Assembly: GCA_019358935.1 (NCBI GenBank)
Contig: JAHHIK010000022.1
Location: 20,082-84,081, forward strand
Direction: 5' to 3'
DNA length: 64,000 nucleotides
Source of the DNA: Tolypothrix carrinoi HA7290-LM1
GTDB taxonomy: Bacteria; Cyanobacteriota; Cyanobacteriia; Cyanobacteriales; Nostocaceae
The notes under the pieces are model-generated. The model was not told the origin of the DNA. It was given only the letters and a program-made list of their open reading frames with translations, and did not search any database. This document shows positions 55,089-64,000 of this stretch, one piece after another. Positions within the stretch are counted from its first letter, which is position 1, and each line of letters starts with the position of its first letter. Made by a program: the position numbers and the translations under genes.

Positions 55089-56111
55089 ATGAGAATTGCC
55101 CAAATTTCTCCTTTATGGGAGCGTGTTCCTCCCTTTCGCTACGGCGGTACAGAACTAATTGTCAAGCTAGTCACCGATGAATTAGTTCGGCGCGGTCATG
55201 AAGTTACTTTATTTGCCTCCGGTGACTCAATTACTACAGCAAAGCTGCGCTCAGTTCATCCCCAAGCTTTGCGACTCGACCCCAAAATTAAAGAGCCATC
55301 AATTTACGAGCAAATGATGCTTGCCGAAGTTTATCAACAAGCTCATCATTTCGACATTATTCACTCCCACGTAGGCTATAACTCCCTTAGTTATTGCAGT
55401 TTTGTGAAAACGCCCACCGTCCATACAATGCATGGCATTTTTACACCTGATAACGAAAAAATATTCCGAAAATTTGCTTGGCAACCTTTTATCAGCATCA
55501 GCGAGGCACAACGAGAACCCCGCTTAGGTTTAAACTACATCCATACCGTCTACAATGGTATTGACACCGCCGTTTATCCGTTTTATCCCGAACCAACCCA
55601 ACCTGCATATCTTGCCTTTGTCGGGCGAATATCTCCGGAAAAAGGACCAGTCCAAGCGATTAAAATAGCGCGTGCGGTTGGCTTACCTTTGAAAATGGCT
55701 GGCAAAATTGACGTTGTAGACAAAGATTTTTATACAGAACAAGTCGAACCGCTAATTGACGGCGAACAAATTCAGTACTTAGGTGAAATTTCCCACGAAG
55801 ACAAAGTTAAACTGCTAGGTGGAGCGAGTATCACTTTGTTCCCCATCAATTGGCGAGAACCTTTTGGTTTAGTGATGATTGAGTCAATGGCGACCGGTAC
55901 ACCTGTAATTGGTATGGGGTTAGGTTCAGTACCAGAAGTGATTGCTCACGGCAAAACTGGTTTTGTTTGTCACTGTCTGGAGAAAATGATTGAAGTTGTT
56001 CCAGACGCGATGAAAATAGACCGTCAGACTTGTCGGGAGTATGTTGTTAGTCGCTTTAGCGTCGAGTCGATGACCGATGAGTATGAAAAAGCTTACGCGA
56101 TGGTGCTTTAA
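55089..56111 (+). CDS. Glycosyltransferase family 4
   Basis: PPFRYGGTE, GHEVTLFASGDS, VGRISPEKG, EPFGLVMIESMATGTPV. Confidence 0.94.
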   Translation: MRIAQISPLWERVPPFRYGGTELIVKLVTDELVRRGHEVTLFASGDSITTAKLRSVHPQALRLDPKIKEPSIYEQMMLAEVYQQAHHFDIIHSHVGYNSLSYCSFVKTPTVHTMHGIFTPDNEKIFRKFAWQPFISISEAQREPRLGLNYIHTVYNGIDTAVYPFYPEPTQPAYLAFVGRISPEKGPVQAIKIARAVGLPLKMAGKIDVVDKDFYTEQVEPLIDGEQIQYLGEISHEDKVKLLGGASITLFPINWREPFGLVMIESMATGTPVIGMGLGSVPEVIAHGKTGFVCHCLEKMIEVVPDAMKIDRQTCREYVVSRFSVESMTDEYEKAYAMVL

Positions 56112-56355
56112 AGGGGATTAGGGACTGGGGACTTTCTTGACAAGGGGGACAAGGGAGAGGGGGAAGACAAGGGAGAGGGGGAAGACAAGGGAGATATAGA
56201 AATTTCTTCCTTGTCCTCCTTGTCCTCCTTGTCGTCCTTGTCCTCCTTGTCTTCTTGCCCCATGCCCAATGCCCTAAGTAGAGAAAAATTAGTTACCCAT
56301 AAATGGTGTAGAAATGTATAGAATCTTTAAAAGATATAAAATACATTTTTTTTAA

Positions 56356-57066
56356 ATGCACACACTTGTAGCTTCTTCCTCAATGCAACTGTCTAGACCA
56401 ACTCAATGCCAGCCAAAGAAGATTGTCGCACTAGGAGATAGCTTAGTTTACGGATTTGGCGATCCAGAAGGGGGAGGCTGGGTTGAGCGATTGCGGCGGT
56501 CGTGGATGTCGCCGGATAGTGCGGGTCATATTGTTTATAATTTGGGAGTGCGAGGCGATCGCACTCAACAAGTAGCACAAAGGCTAGAAATTGAATTCCG
56601 CCATCGGGGAGAACTGCGAAACCGCGTCCCCGATTTGATTATTCTTTCAGTCGGAGTGAATGATTCAGCGCGGTTGGCACGTCCTAATGGACGCAATTAT
56701 ACAGATTTTGCCGTGTTTGAATCAGAAATCGCTTCTTTGCTTCAACAAGCACAGCAACTATGTCCGGTGTTATTTGTTGGGATGGTGCCAGTCGATGAAG
56801 ACAAGATGCCATTTTTAGATTGTTTATATTACAATCACGCCGATCAGTATCGCTACAAAGAAGCTACTCGCATCGCTTGCGCTAAAAGACGGATTCCCTA
56901 TCTTGATATTTTTGAGCGTTGGATGGGACGCAGTGAAAATTGGCGACGCAAACGTGTAAGTCAAGATGGACTTCACCCCAATACACTAGGTTATCAAGCT
57001 TTGTTAGAAGATGTGATGAATTGGGAAGCGATCGCCACTTATAATTCTCAAATAATTGCCAGCTAA
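56356..57066 (+). CDS. GDSL/SGNH hydrolase
   Basis: GDSLVYG, NLGVRG, GVND, DGLHPN. Confidence 0.93.
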   Translation: MHTLVASSSMQLSRPTQCQPKKIVALGDSLVYGFGDPEGGGWVERLRRSWMSPDSAGHIVYNLGVRGDRTQQVAQRLEIEFRHRGELRNRVPDLIILSVGVNDSARLARPNGRNYTDFAVFESEIASLLQQAQQLCPVLFVGMVPVDEDKMPFLDCLYYNHADQYRYKEATRIACAKRRIPYLDIFERWMGRSENWRRKRVSQDGLHPNTLGYQALLEDVMNWEAIATYNSQIIAS

Positions 57067-57230
57067 CATCATTTGCTGAGTCACGTATGAGAAAAAATGG
57101 CGTTGCTTTCGCGTGCGGGATGATTTGACAATACACGCCGATAAATTTGACGTATTGTAGAGACGTTCCATTGGAACGTCTCTACGTTTTTATTGCATTT
57201 AATCATTATTTCGCTCCACCATCATACTAT

Positions 57231-57256
57231 ATTTATTGATAAATTTTATCACTATC
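57231..57256. promoter_or_regulatory. Putative Fur(A) box upstream of the decayed iron-uptake locus
   Basis: ATTTATTGATAAATTTTATCACTATC, an AT-rich dyad (TGATAAATTTTATCA) just before the araC start. Confidence 0.5.
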
Positions 57257-57260
57257 ATCC

Positions 57261-57938
57261 ATGACCATTACTCTGACACTAAAAGAGAACTGGGAACTGT
57301 GGGCAGAAGCCAAAAACAACAGCCAGCAAAATTCAACAAACTTTGAAATTCTCTGCTCGCTGCCCAAGCAACTCGGCAAAGGCTATATACGAAACATAGA
57401 GGTGCATCCGAATCTCTGGCTTTCAATTTTGGACTATGAATATCACGATGACGTGCTGATCAAAATCCCGGATTGGGATCACAAGAACTGCAATTTTGTG
57501 TTTTCCTTTCAGGAAGAATTATAGACGAACACGGAGGACAGGTTGGGGAAGGATACACGCTTATTTCTGGTAGCGGTGTTCAACGGAGGATGACAATTGA
57601 AACACCCAAATCCTGGATTGTGGGTGTTAACATCCATATGCCGGCGGATCTGCTGGCAACTTTTTTCCCCACAGAGTCCGGAGAAATTCCCCCCCAGTTG
57701 CGTTTGCTAGCAAAGAGGAACGATTGGCAGACATTACTCTACCCGCAAACGACTTCAGCAATACAGTTTGTGGCACAGCAAATTGTCAGCTGTCCATATC
57801 GAGGGATGACGAAGCGGATGTATTTACAAGCGAAGGTGTTAGAACTGATGGCGTTGCAGTTAGCCCCGATTCTCACAGATTGGGGTGGACTACAACCATC
57901 GCGGCGATTAAAAACTCCAACCATCGCTTGTATTCATC
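57261..57938 (+). pseudogene. AraC-family (PchR-like) regulator, frameshifted and lacking the HTH
   Basis: PKQLGKGY..; frameshift near 57480-57490; QQIVSCPYRGMTKRMYLQAKVLEL; sequence switches to TonB-receptor DNA after IACIH. Confidence 0.85.
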
Positions 57939-58760
57939 GACGAACCAATCTGGAGATGCATTCAGTCCCCGTGCAGGAATTGTCTACCAACCCCTACCGC
58001 CAATTTCCCTTTATGCCAGCTATAGCCGCTCATTCAATCCGGTAACCGGAACGGCTTTTGATCGTAGTTCATTTCAACCAGAACGTGCCACTCAATATGA
58101 AGTTGGTGTCAAAGCAGATTTGAGTAATCGACTGTCTGCAACGCTTGCCTTTTACGACCTGACGCGCTCTAACGTCTTAACTACAGATACTAGACCAGGT
58201 GTACCGTCAGCCCCTTCGGGGAATTCAAAATTCAAAATTCAAAATTCAAAATTATTAATCCCCACGGATAAATCCGGGGGCTTGAATAACGATGCTACGC
58301 TTTTTTAAATCTCCATTCATAAATTCTTGGCGCAAGACCGTCGCTCAAATTCAAATTCAAAATTCAGATAATTAAAAATTTGAAAATTGAAAAATTATTT
58401 AATTAATTTTGAATTTTGAATTGATAATTTTGAATTGGAGCGAAGCGACGGTCAGGCTTTTCCATTCAAACAGGTGAGCAACGTAGCAAAGGAATTGAAC
58501 TTAACCTCACAGGCGAAATTCTGCCAGGATAAAACATTATCGCGGGTTATGCCTACACCGATGCCCGGATTACCAAAGACAACACCTTTGCAGTCGATAA
58601 CCAATTGCAGAATATACCAAGAAACAGCTTTAACTTGTGGACAACCTACGAAATTCAGCGCGGTGGATTGCAAGGCTTGGGGGTTGGCATGGGATTCTTC
58701 TATGTGAGCGATCGCCAGGGAGATTTAGCCAACTCCTTTGAAGTGCCAAGCTATTTCCGC
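57934..58760 (+). pseudogene. TonB-dependent siderophore receptor fragment
   Basis: DAFSPRAGIVYQP, LYASYSRSF, QYEVGVKAD; after a 240-bp insertion QTGEQRSKGIEL, PG*NIIAGYAYTDA (in-frame TAA at 58530-58532), SFNLWTTY, VPSYFR; both ends deleted. Confidence 0.9.
58211..58450. mobile_element. MITE-like insertion (AATTCAA/TTTTGAA heptamer arms) in the receptor pseudogene
   Basis: Flanked by GTCAG direct repeats (58206-58210 and 58451-58455); removing it restores ...GVPSGFSIQTG. Confidence 0.82.
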
Positions 58761-59836
58761 TATTAATCATCATCGGCTTAACAGGTAGCTTGCTGGTATT
58801 CTCCGATGAAATCGATCGCTTTCTGCTTTCTCGTCAAATTGGACACATCATCCCCTCAGGGCAACGAGTTTCCATCGAGTCAGCGCTAAATACCGTCAAA
58901 GCAGCTTACAACTCCCAAGGCGAACTCAAACCGACTTTCATCCACGCGCTACCAGAACCAGATGCCCCTTACCAAGTTTTCCTCACTTCCCCTAAAGGTG
59001 TACGCACAGAAGTCAGCGTTAATCCCTATACGGGTGCGATCGTGGGGAGTCGCGTATCTGATAATACTTTCAGGTTGTTGACTATTAAGCTACATTACCA
59101 ACTCTTAGCTGGCGAAACTGGAAGGCAAATAATGGGGGTGGTAGCGTTGATGCTGTTCATCCTCAGCGTTACGGGTATATTTCTCTGGTCAGGTTGGCAA
59201 AGGCTAATTTCTGGTTTCAAAATTAAGCTCAAGGCACACCCCAAACGTGTCAACTTTGACATCCATAAAGTTGTAGGAATTATCGCTGCTGTTTTCCTGG
59301 GATTAACAGGTTTGACTGGATTCTGTTGGAATTTTTATGATTTGACAAAAGCCGTTATTTATGCTATGACGTTTACTGCTAATCGACCTAACCCTGTTTC
59401 TGGGGCGATCGCTAATTCTTCTCTTCTCAATCTTACACAATTACTACAAAAAGCAGACGCAGCGCTACCGGATGCGGTCACGACTTACGTTGTTTTGCCT
59501 GACAAACCAGAAGATACTTTGCAAGTCGGCAAAAAACTACCTCAAGAAAGCTGGAAGTATGGTTTTAGCCAAGTTTACCTCGACCAATACACCGGTGAAG
59601 TAGTTCAGTTAAAGAATGGGTTGAAGCAATCTCTAGGGGACAAAGTTTTGGATTCTTTTGCACCCCTTCACTTTGGTACTTTCGGCGGATTGGGTACGCG
59701 CATTCTCTACGTGTTTATAGGACTTACACCGTTAATTTTGTTTATCACAGGCTTTGTGATGTGGTGGTACCGCTACAAAGGCAAGAATCGCAGACAGCAA
59801 ACTGTGAAAATCGTTGAGTCTTCAGTCAAGAATTAG
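58760..59836 (+). CDS. PepSY-associated TM helix protein, 5'-truncated (possible pseudogene)
   Basis: Begins mid-helix LLIIIGLTGSLLVF with no native start; VNPYTG, KLHYQLL, FDIHKVVG, YLDQYTGEV, PLHFGTFGG. Confidence 0.8.
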   Translation, partial: LLIIIGLTGSLLVFSDEIDRFLLSRQIGHIIPSGQRVSIESALNTVKAAYNSQGELKPTFIHALPEPDAPYQVFLTSPKGVRTEVSVNPYTGAIVGSRVSDNTFRLLTIKLHYQLLAGETGRQIMGVVALMLFILSVTGIFLWSGWQRLISGFKIKLKAHPKRVNFDIHKVVGIIAAVFLGLTGLTGFCWNFYDLTKAVIYAMTFTANRPNPVSGAIANSSLLNLTQLLQKADAALPDAVTTYVVLPDKPEDTLQVGKKLPQESWKYGFSQVYLDQYTGEVVQLKNGLKQSLGDKVLDSFAPLHFGTFGGLGTRILYVFIGLTPLILFITGFVMWWYRYKGKNRRQQTVKIVESSVKN

Positions 59837-60437
59837 GTTCTCAATAAGATGCAATGATATCTCAAAGCCTTTTTGCGAGCAAATTGCATCAAATGAATAA
59901 TAAAACCTAATACGGTTTGTGTTAGTAGCGTTCAGTCATCGAAGATTCCCCAACCAGAGTTATCAACTCTGGCTTAGTTCCCTCCTTTTTAAGGAGGGTT
60001 AGGGAGGATCAAGTCTTGACCTCCCTTACTTAACGGTAGAATCAGCACCCTAACCAATATCAACTAATTGAGAATTTTATTAAATAAGTTTCCGCAAGGG
60101 AATTCATATTTACCGTATTTTAGCGCCTTTTATCGATAATAATTCTTAATAAATCGAAAAGTTATAAGCTTTAAATATCATCAAAATATTTTAGACGCGC
60201 GACAGCTTACTTTTATTGTCGGGTGGACATCTTCCCCTGCGTACAGTTTATTTGCAACGGCGCAATTCTTAAAAATCGGTATAAAATTTTATTTTTGCTT
60301 GAGGCAATAGGATTGTAATAATAATTAACACCAAAATCTACGGCAAATAAACCTTAGTTATCTTCAAATACATTGACATATTCAGCTGACTTGAAGAATC
60401 ATCAAAGGGACATCGGCTAGTGGATGTAGAGGAAACT

Positions 60438-62624
60438 ATGCATATTGACACAGTTATTCTCGTTTTGATTGAGGTGCTAATTGTAATTGGAATGTCACGC
60501 TTAATAGGATTGGCATTCCGATGGATTAAGCAACCCCTGGTAATTGGTGAGATTGTTGCCGGCATTATGCTTGGACCATCATTATTTGGTTGGGTTGCTC
60601 CTAATTTAGCCGCTACCCTGTTCCCACCGGAAACTGTTCCCTTTCTAAATATTTTATCTCAGGTGGGACTGATATTTTTCATGTTTCTGATTGGTTTGGA
60701 GTTAGATCCAAAGTATCTCAAAGGAAAAATAAATGTAGCAATTTTGACTGCTACAATGTCAGTTTTAGTACCATTTGCCTTAGCAACTTTATTAGCTTTG
60801 TTACTGTACCCGTTGCTTTCTCATGGCAATGTTTCATTTACCGCTTTTGCACTGTTTTTGGCATCGGCAACATCAATTACAGCATTTCCAGTGCTTGCCA
60901 GGATAATTACTGATAAAAACTTACAGGCAACGTACTTGGGAACTTTGGCACTAACTTCTGCCGCTGTGAATGATTTGGCAGTTTGGTGTTTGTTAGCACT
61001 AGGAATCGCTGTCGCTAGAGAAGGTAGTATTGGTGGAGCTTGGCATAGAATTATCGCCAGCTTGCTTTACATCGGGTTTATGATGACGGTGGGACGAAGT
61101 TTTTTGCAACGTCTTGCTATATACTACCGTCGCACCGAACGCCTTAACCAATTACTTCTAGCTTTAATTTACATGGGAGTAGTTGCTTCCGCTTTGATTA
61201 CCGAACTAATTGGTATTCACTTGATTTTTGGAGCATTTTTGCTGGGGACGATAATGCCCAAGAATGCTGGTTTGGTGCGGGAAATAGCGGGAAAAACTGA
61301 AGATTTCGTGTTGATATTTCTGCTACCAGTATTTTTCGCTTTCAGTGGTCTGCGGACGCAAATCGGCTTAGTTAACCGTCCGGAATTGTGGTTATTATGT
61401 GGATTGGTGCTATTCGTGGCGATCGCCGGAAAATACCTGGGTACTTATGTAGCAGCTCGCGTCAGCGGAATTGAAAAACGCGAAGCCTCAGCACTCGGTT
61501 GGTTAATGAATACTCGCGGTTTAACCGAACTGATAGTATTAAATATTGGTTTGTCGTTGGGAGTAATTACGCCTTTACTTTTCACAATGCTGGTGATTAT
61601 GGCGTTAGTAACCACATTTATGACCTCGCCTTTGTTAGAGTGGACATATCCGAAACGGCTAATCGGATTAGATGTGGTTGAAAAAGAAGTTGAACCGGAA
61701 GCGAGTAGAGATATTGCAACTCAAGATTACGGTCAAATCTACCGGATTTTAGTACCAGTAGCGAATCCGAGTACACAAAAAGGTTTGGTACAGTTAGCAG
61801 TAGCGATCGCACTCAACTACCAACAACCTACGGCTGTTCATCCTCTGAGTTTGATAGAACTTTCAGAAGATTATGCCTTTGAAAGTACCCCAGTTGAGGC
61901 AAATCGATTAATCGAAGAACGTCGGCAGCAGCTAGAAGAATTAATTGATACCTTAGAGCCGCCGTCTACACGCTCTTACGTACATCCGATAATTCGCATA
62001 TCTAGTAACGTTGCACAAGAAACAGCAGAGATAGCCGAACTCGAACCAGCTGATTTAATTTTAGTCGGATGGCATCGCCCAGCTTTTAGTAATAATCGCT
62101 TAGGCGGGCGAGTTGGTCAAATTCTGACTACAGCGCCGGTTGATGTAGCAGTGTTTATAGACAAAGGCAAAGAGCGCTTAGAAAATTTGTTGGTGCCCTA
62201 TTCTGCAAATATCCACGATGATTTAGCACTGATACTTGCGTTGAGACTGTTAATAAATCGTGATACTTGCCTGTTAAAGATTTTACAGGTAGTCTCAGAA
62301 AATCGCGTCAAAAATGAAATGAGCTACGAGTTGCACAAAATGATGCAGCAATTACCTCAAAGTGTACGCGATCGCATTGACATTCAAACCATTGAAGCCT
62401 CCGAGCCAATCCAAGCTGTAGTCAAAGCCTCAGAAGGGGTAGACCTCACTATTGCAGGTACCAGCCGTGCTTGGGGTATTGAACGTCAAACCCTCGGACG
62501 TTATACAGACGAACTAGCGATTCAGTGTCGTTCCTCACTTTTGATTACCCGTCGTTACAGTCAAGTCACCTCTCACTTAGCCTCAGTGCTTGCTGATGCT
62601 AACACTCACTCCTTCAGCACTTAG
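60438..62624 (+). CDS. Cation/H+ antiporter (CPA2) with C-terminal USP-like domains
   Basis: QPLVIGEIVAGIMLGPS, SITAFPVLARI, LPVFFAFSGLRT, MNTRGLTELIVLNIG, RILVPVANP. Confidence 0.94.
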   Translation: MHIDTVILVLIEVLIVIGMSRLIGLAFRWIKQPLVIGEIVAGIMLGPSLFGWVAPNLAATLFPPETVPFLNILSQVGLIFFMFLIGLELDPKYLKGKINVAILTATMSVLVPFALATLLALLLYPLLSHGNVSFTAFALFLASATSITAFPVLARIITDKNLQATYLGTLALTSAAVNDLAVWCLLALGIAVAREGSIGGAWHRIIASLLYIGFMMTVGRSFLQRLAIYYRRTERLNQLLLALIYMGVVASALITELIGIHLIFGAFLLGTIMPKNAGLVREIAGKTEDFVLIFLLPVFFAFSGLRTQIGLVNRPELWLLCGLVLFVAIAGKYLGTYVAARVSGIEKREASALGWLMNTRGLTELIVLNIGLSLGVITPLLFTMLVIMALVTTFMTSPLLEWTYPKRLIGLDVVEKEVEPEASRDIATQDYGQIYRILVPVANPSTQKGLVQLAVAIALNYQQPTAVHPLSLIELSEDYAFESTPVEANRLIEERRQQLEELIDTLEPPSTRSYVHPIIRISSNVAQETAEIAELEPADLILVGWHRPAFSNNRLGGRVGQILTTAPVDVAVFIDKGKERLENLLVPYSANIHDDLALILALRLLINRDTCLLKILQVVSENRVKNEMSYELHKMMQQLPQSVRDRIDIQTIEASEPIQAVVKASEGVDLTIAGTSRAWGIERQTLGRYTDELAIQCRSSLLITRRYSQVTSHLASVLADANTHSFST

Positions 62625-62889
62625 AGGATAGGAGGATGGGGAGGTGGGGGGATGGGGAGACAAGGAGACAAGGAGGACAAGGAGGACAAGGGGGATGGGG
62701 AGACAAGGGGACAATTCTTTCCCCCCTTTTTTTCCATCCCCCCCTCTCCCCCACTCCCCACTCCCCACTCCCCACTCCCCTTCAGATGTAGGATAAAAAT
62801 AATCTTGCAGGTCAAATAATCGTGGAAGATATTCCTAAAATAATTAAATTTACAGTCACACCGCAAACAAAAGCCAAAGGACACAAATA

Positions 62890-63861
62890 ATGGTAATGGT
62901 GTTGAGGATTAGGCAATTTTTTCTTTATGTAAGTTTGTTTGGCTTGTACGCAGCAATTACTCTCGAAACTAATAGCAGTATTGCAGCCCCAGTCGCAAGG
63001 CTAGAAGATTGGCGCTTTTACCCAGAAGCTTTTCAACTAGAAATTAATCTCTCAGCAGGTACAACACCGCGCTACTTTTATCTTGCTCAACCCCCGCGCA
63101 TGGTTATAGATTTGCCTGATACCAAATTAGGCTATGTTTCCACCCAACAAAATTATTCTGGAGCAATTGAAAGAATTCGCGTTTCCCAATTAAATGCAAA
63201 CGTAACTCGCATTGTCTTAGATTTAGCACCAGGAACTTCTTTAGATCCAAATCAGGTGCAACTGCAACCGATTTCCGCGCAAAATACCACTCGCTGGATT
63301 TTACGTCCTTTAATTGCTGGTGGCACATATTCTCAACAGGGAAACTATCCACCACCGAGTAACTTACCACCGAGCAACTATAACTATCCACCGCCTAGCA
63401 ACTTACCACCAAGTAACTTACCACCGAGTAACTATAACTATCCACCGCCTAGCAACTTACCACCGAGTAACTATAACTATCCACCATCTAGCAACTTACC
63501 ACCAAGTAACTTACCACCAAGTAACTATAACTATCCACCACCGAGCAACTTACCACCTAGCAACTTACCACCGAGCAACTATAACTATCCACCACCTAGC
63601 AACTTACCACCGAGTAACTATAACAACTCACAAATACCTTTAGTAACAGTACCCCCGCTGAATTCTAACAACCCTACTCAACAACCTGGTTCTGTTTTTC
63701 CCCCAGCAAGTTTCCCAAATCAGCCTGGTAATTTTAATAACGCTCCTCTTAGTGTCGGTGCCCCCGGTTTTCCTGTTCAAACCGTCCCTAACTATCCAGT
63801 CAATGTTCCTAATTCTGGGGTATTTGAGTTTGGTCAACCCTTTCCCAACTCCGATAGGTAA
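62890..63861 (+). CDS. AMIN-domain protein with a Pro/Asn/Tyr tandem-repeat tail
   Basis: Signal peptide, YLAQPPRMVIDLPDT, IRVSQ..VTRIVLDL, then repeated PPPSNLPPSNYNY. Confidence 0.88.
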   Translation: MVMVLRIRQFFLYVSLFGLYAAITLETNSSIAAPVARLEDWRFYPEAFQLEINLSAGTTPRYFYLAQPPRMVIDLPDTKLGYVSTQQNYSGAIERIRVSQLNANVTRIVLDLAPGTSLDPNQVQLQPISAQNTTRWILRPLIAGGTYSQQGNYPPPSNLPPSNYNYPPPSNLPPSNLPPSNYNYPPPSNLPPSNYNYPPSSNLPPSNLPPSNYNYPPPSNLPPSNLPPSNYNYPPPSNLPPSNYNNSQIPLVTVPPLNSNNPTQQPGSVFPPASFPNQPGNFNNAPLSVGAPGFPVQTVPNYPVNVPNSGVFEFGQPFPNSDR

Positions 63862-63875
63862 GCGGCTTGTGTTGA

Positions 63876-64000
63876 TTGACATCCTCCCCGGTCTGAAGAC
63901 ACGGGGATTCCAAGAATCACTTCTTGGGTTTCCTCTTTCCGCGACTCGGCTTATTTAAAGGAGTTTCCCCACCCAAACAGAGGTCGATGTCTCCAGAGGC
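63876..64000 (-). mobile_element. tnpB: Right end and tnpB 3' tail of a second IS200/IS605-family element (continues beyond the window)
   Basis: Minus strand reads ASGDIDLCLGGETPLNKPSRGKRKPKK* then GAATCCCCGTGTCTTCAGACCGGGGAGGATGTCAA, paralleling the end of the 13202-14548 element. Confidence 0.85.

Overview
This window is a chromosomal segment of a filamentous heterocyst-forming cyanobacterium. That assignment (Nostocales-like) is inferred from abundant HIP1 GCGATCGC octamers, heptameric STRR arrays and genes such as psaD, ftrV and crtP. It carries a Wzc/Wzy-type exopolysaccharide cluster with a GH5 glucanase, natB-like, crtB/crtP, rlpA, nagZ, mutL, add, purA, rplY, ftrV, zur, purS/purQ, trpE, psaD, two sensor kinases and tRNA-Ser(GCU). 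It also holds one complete and one partial IS200/IS605-family tnpB element, and a decayed AraC/TonB-receptor/PepSY iron-uptake locus. The most interesting region is a two-gene unit right after purQ (40465-47194). The first gene encodes a 1005-aa protein whose C-terminal half follows the motif order of an Argonaute MID-PIWI module but lacks the catalytic acidic residues. The second encodes a ~1207-aa SF2 helicase with a probable N-terminal RecB-like PD-(D/E)xK nuclease domain. Together they suggest a divergent guide-dependent (pAgo/PIWI plus nuclease-helicase) defence system, followed by duplicated Uma2 nucleases and an orphan antitoxin. Other notable signals are a 33-bp-period HIP1 array, gene fragments and duplications that break at HIP1 sites, and a tnpB element inserted between natB and its ribosome-binding site. 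All assignments are by-eye motif recognition; no database searches were run.
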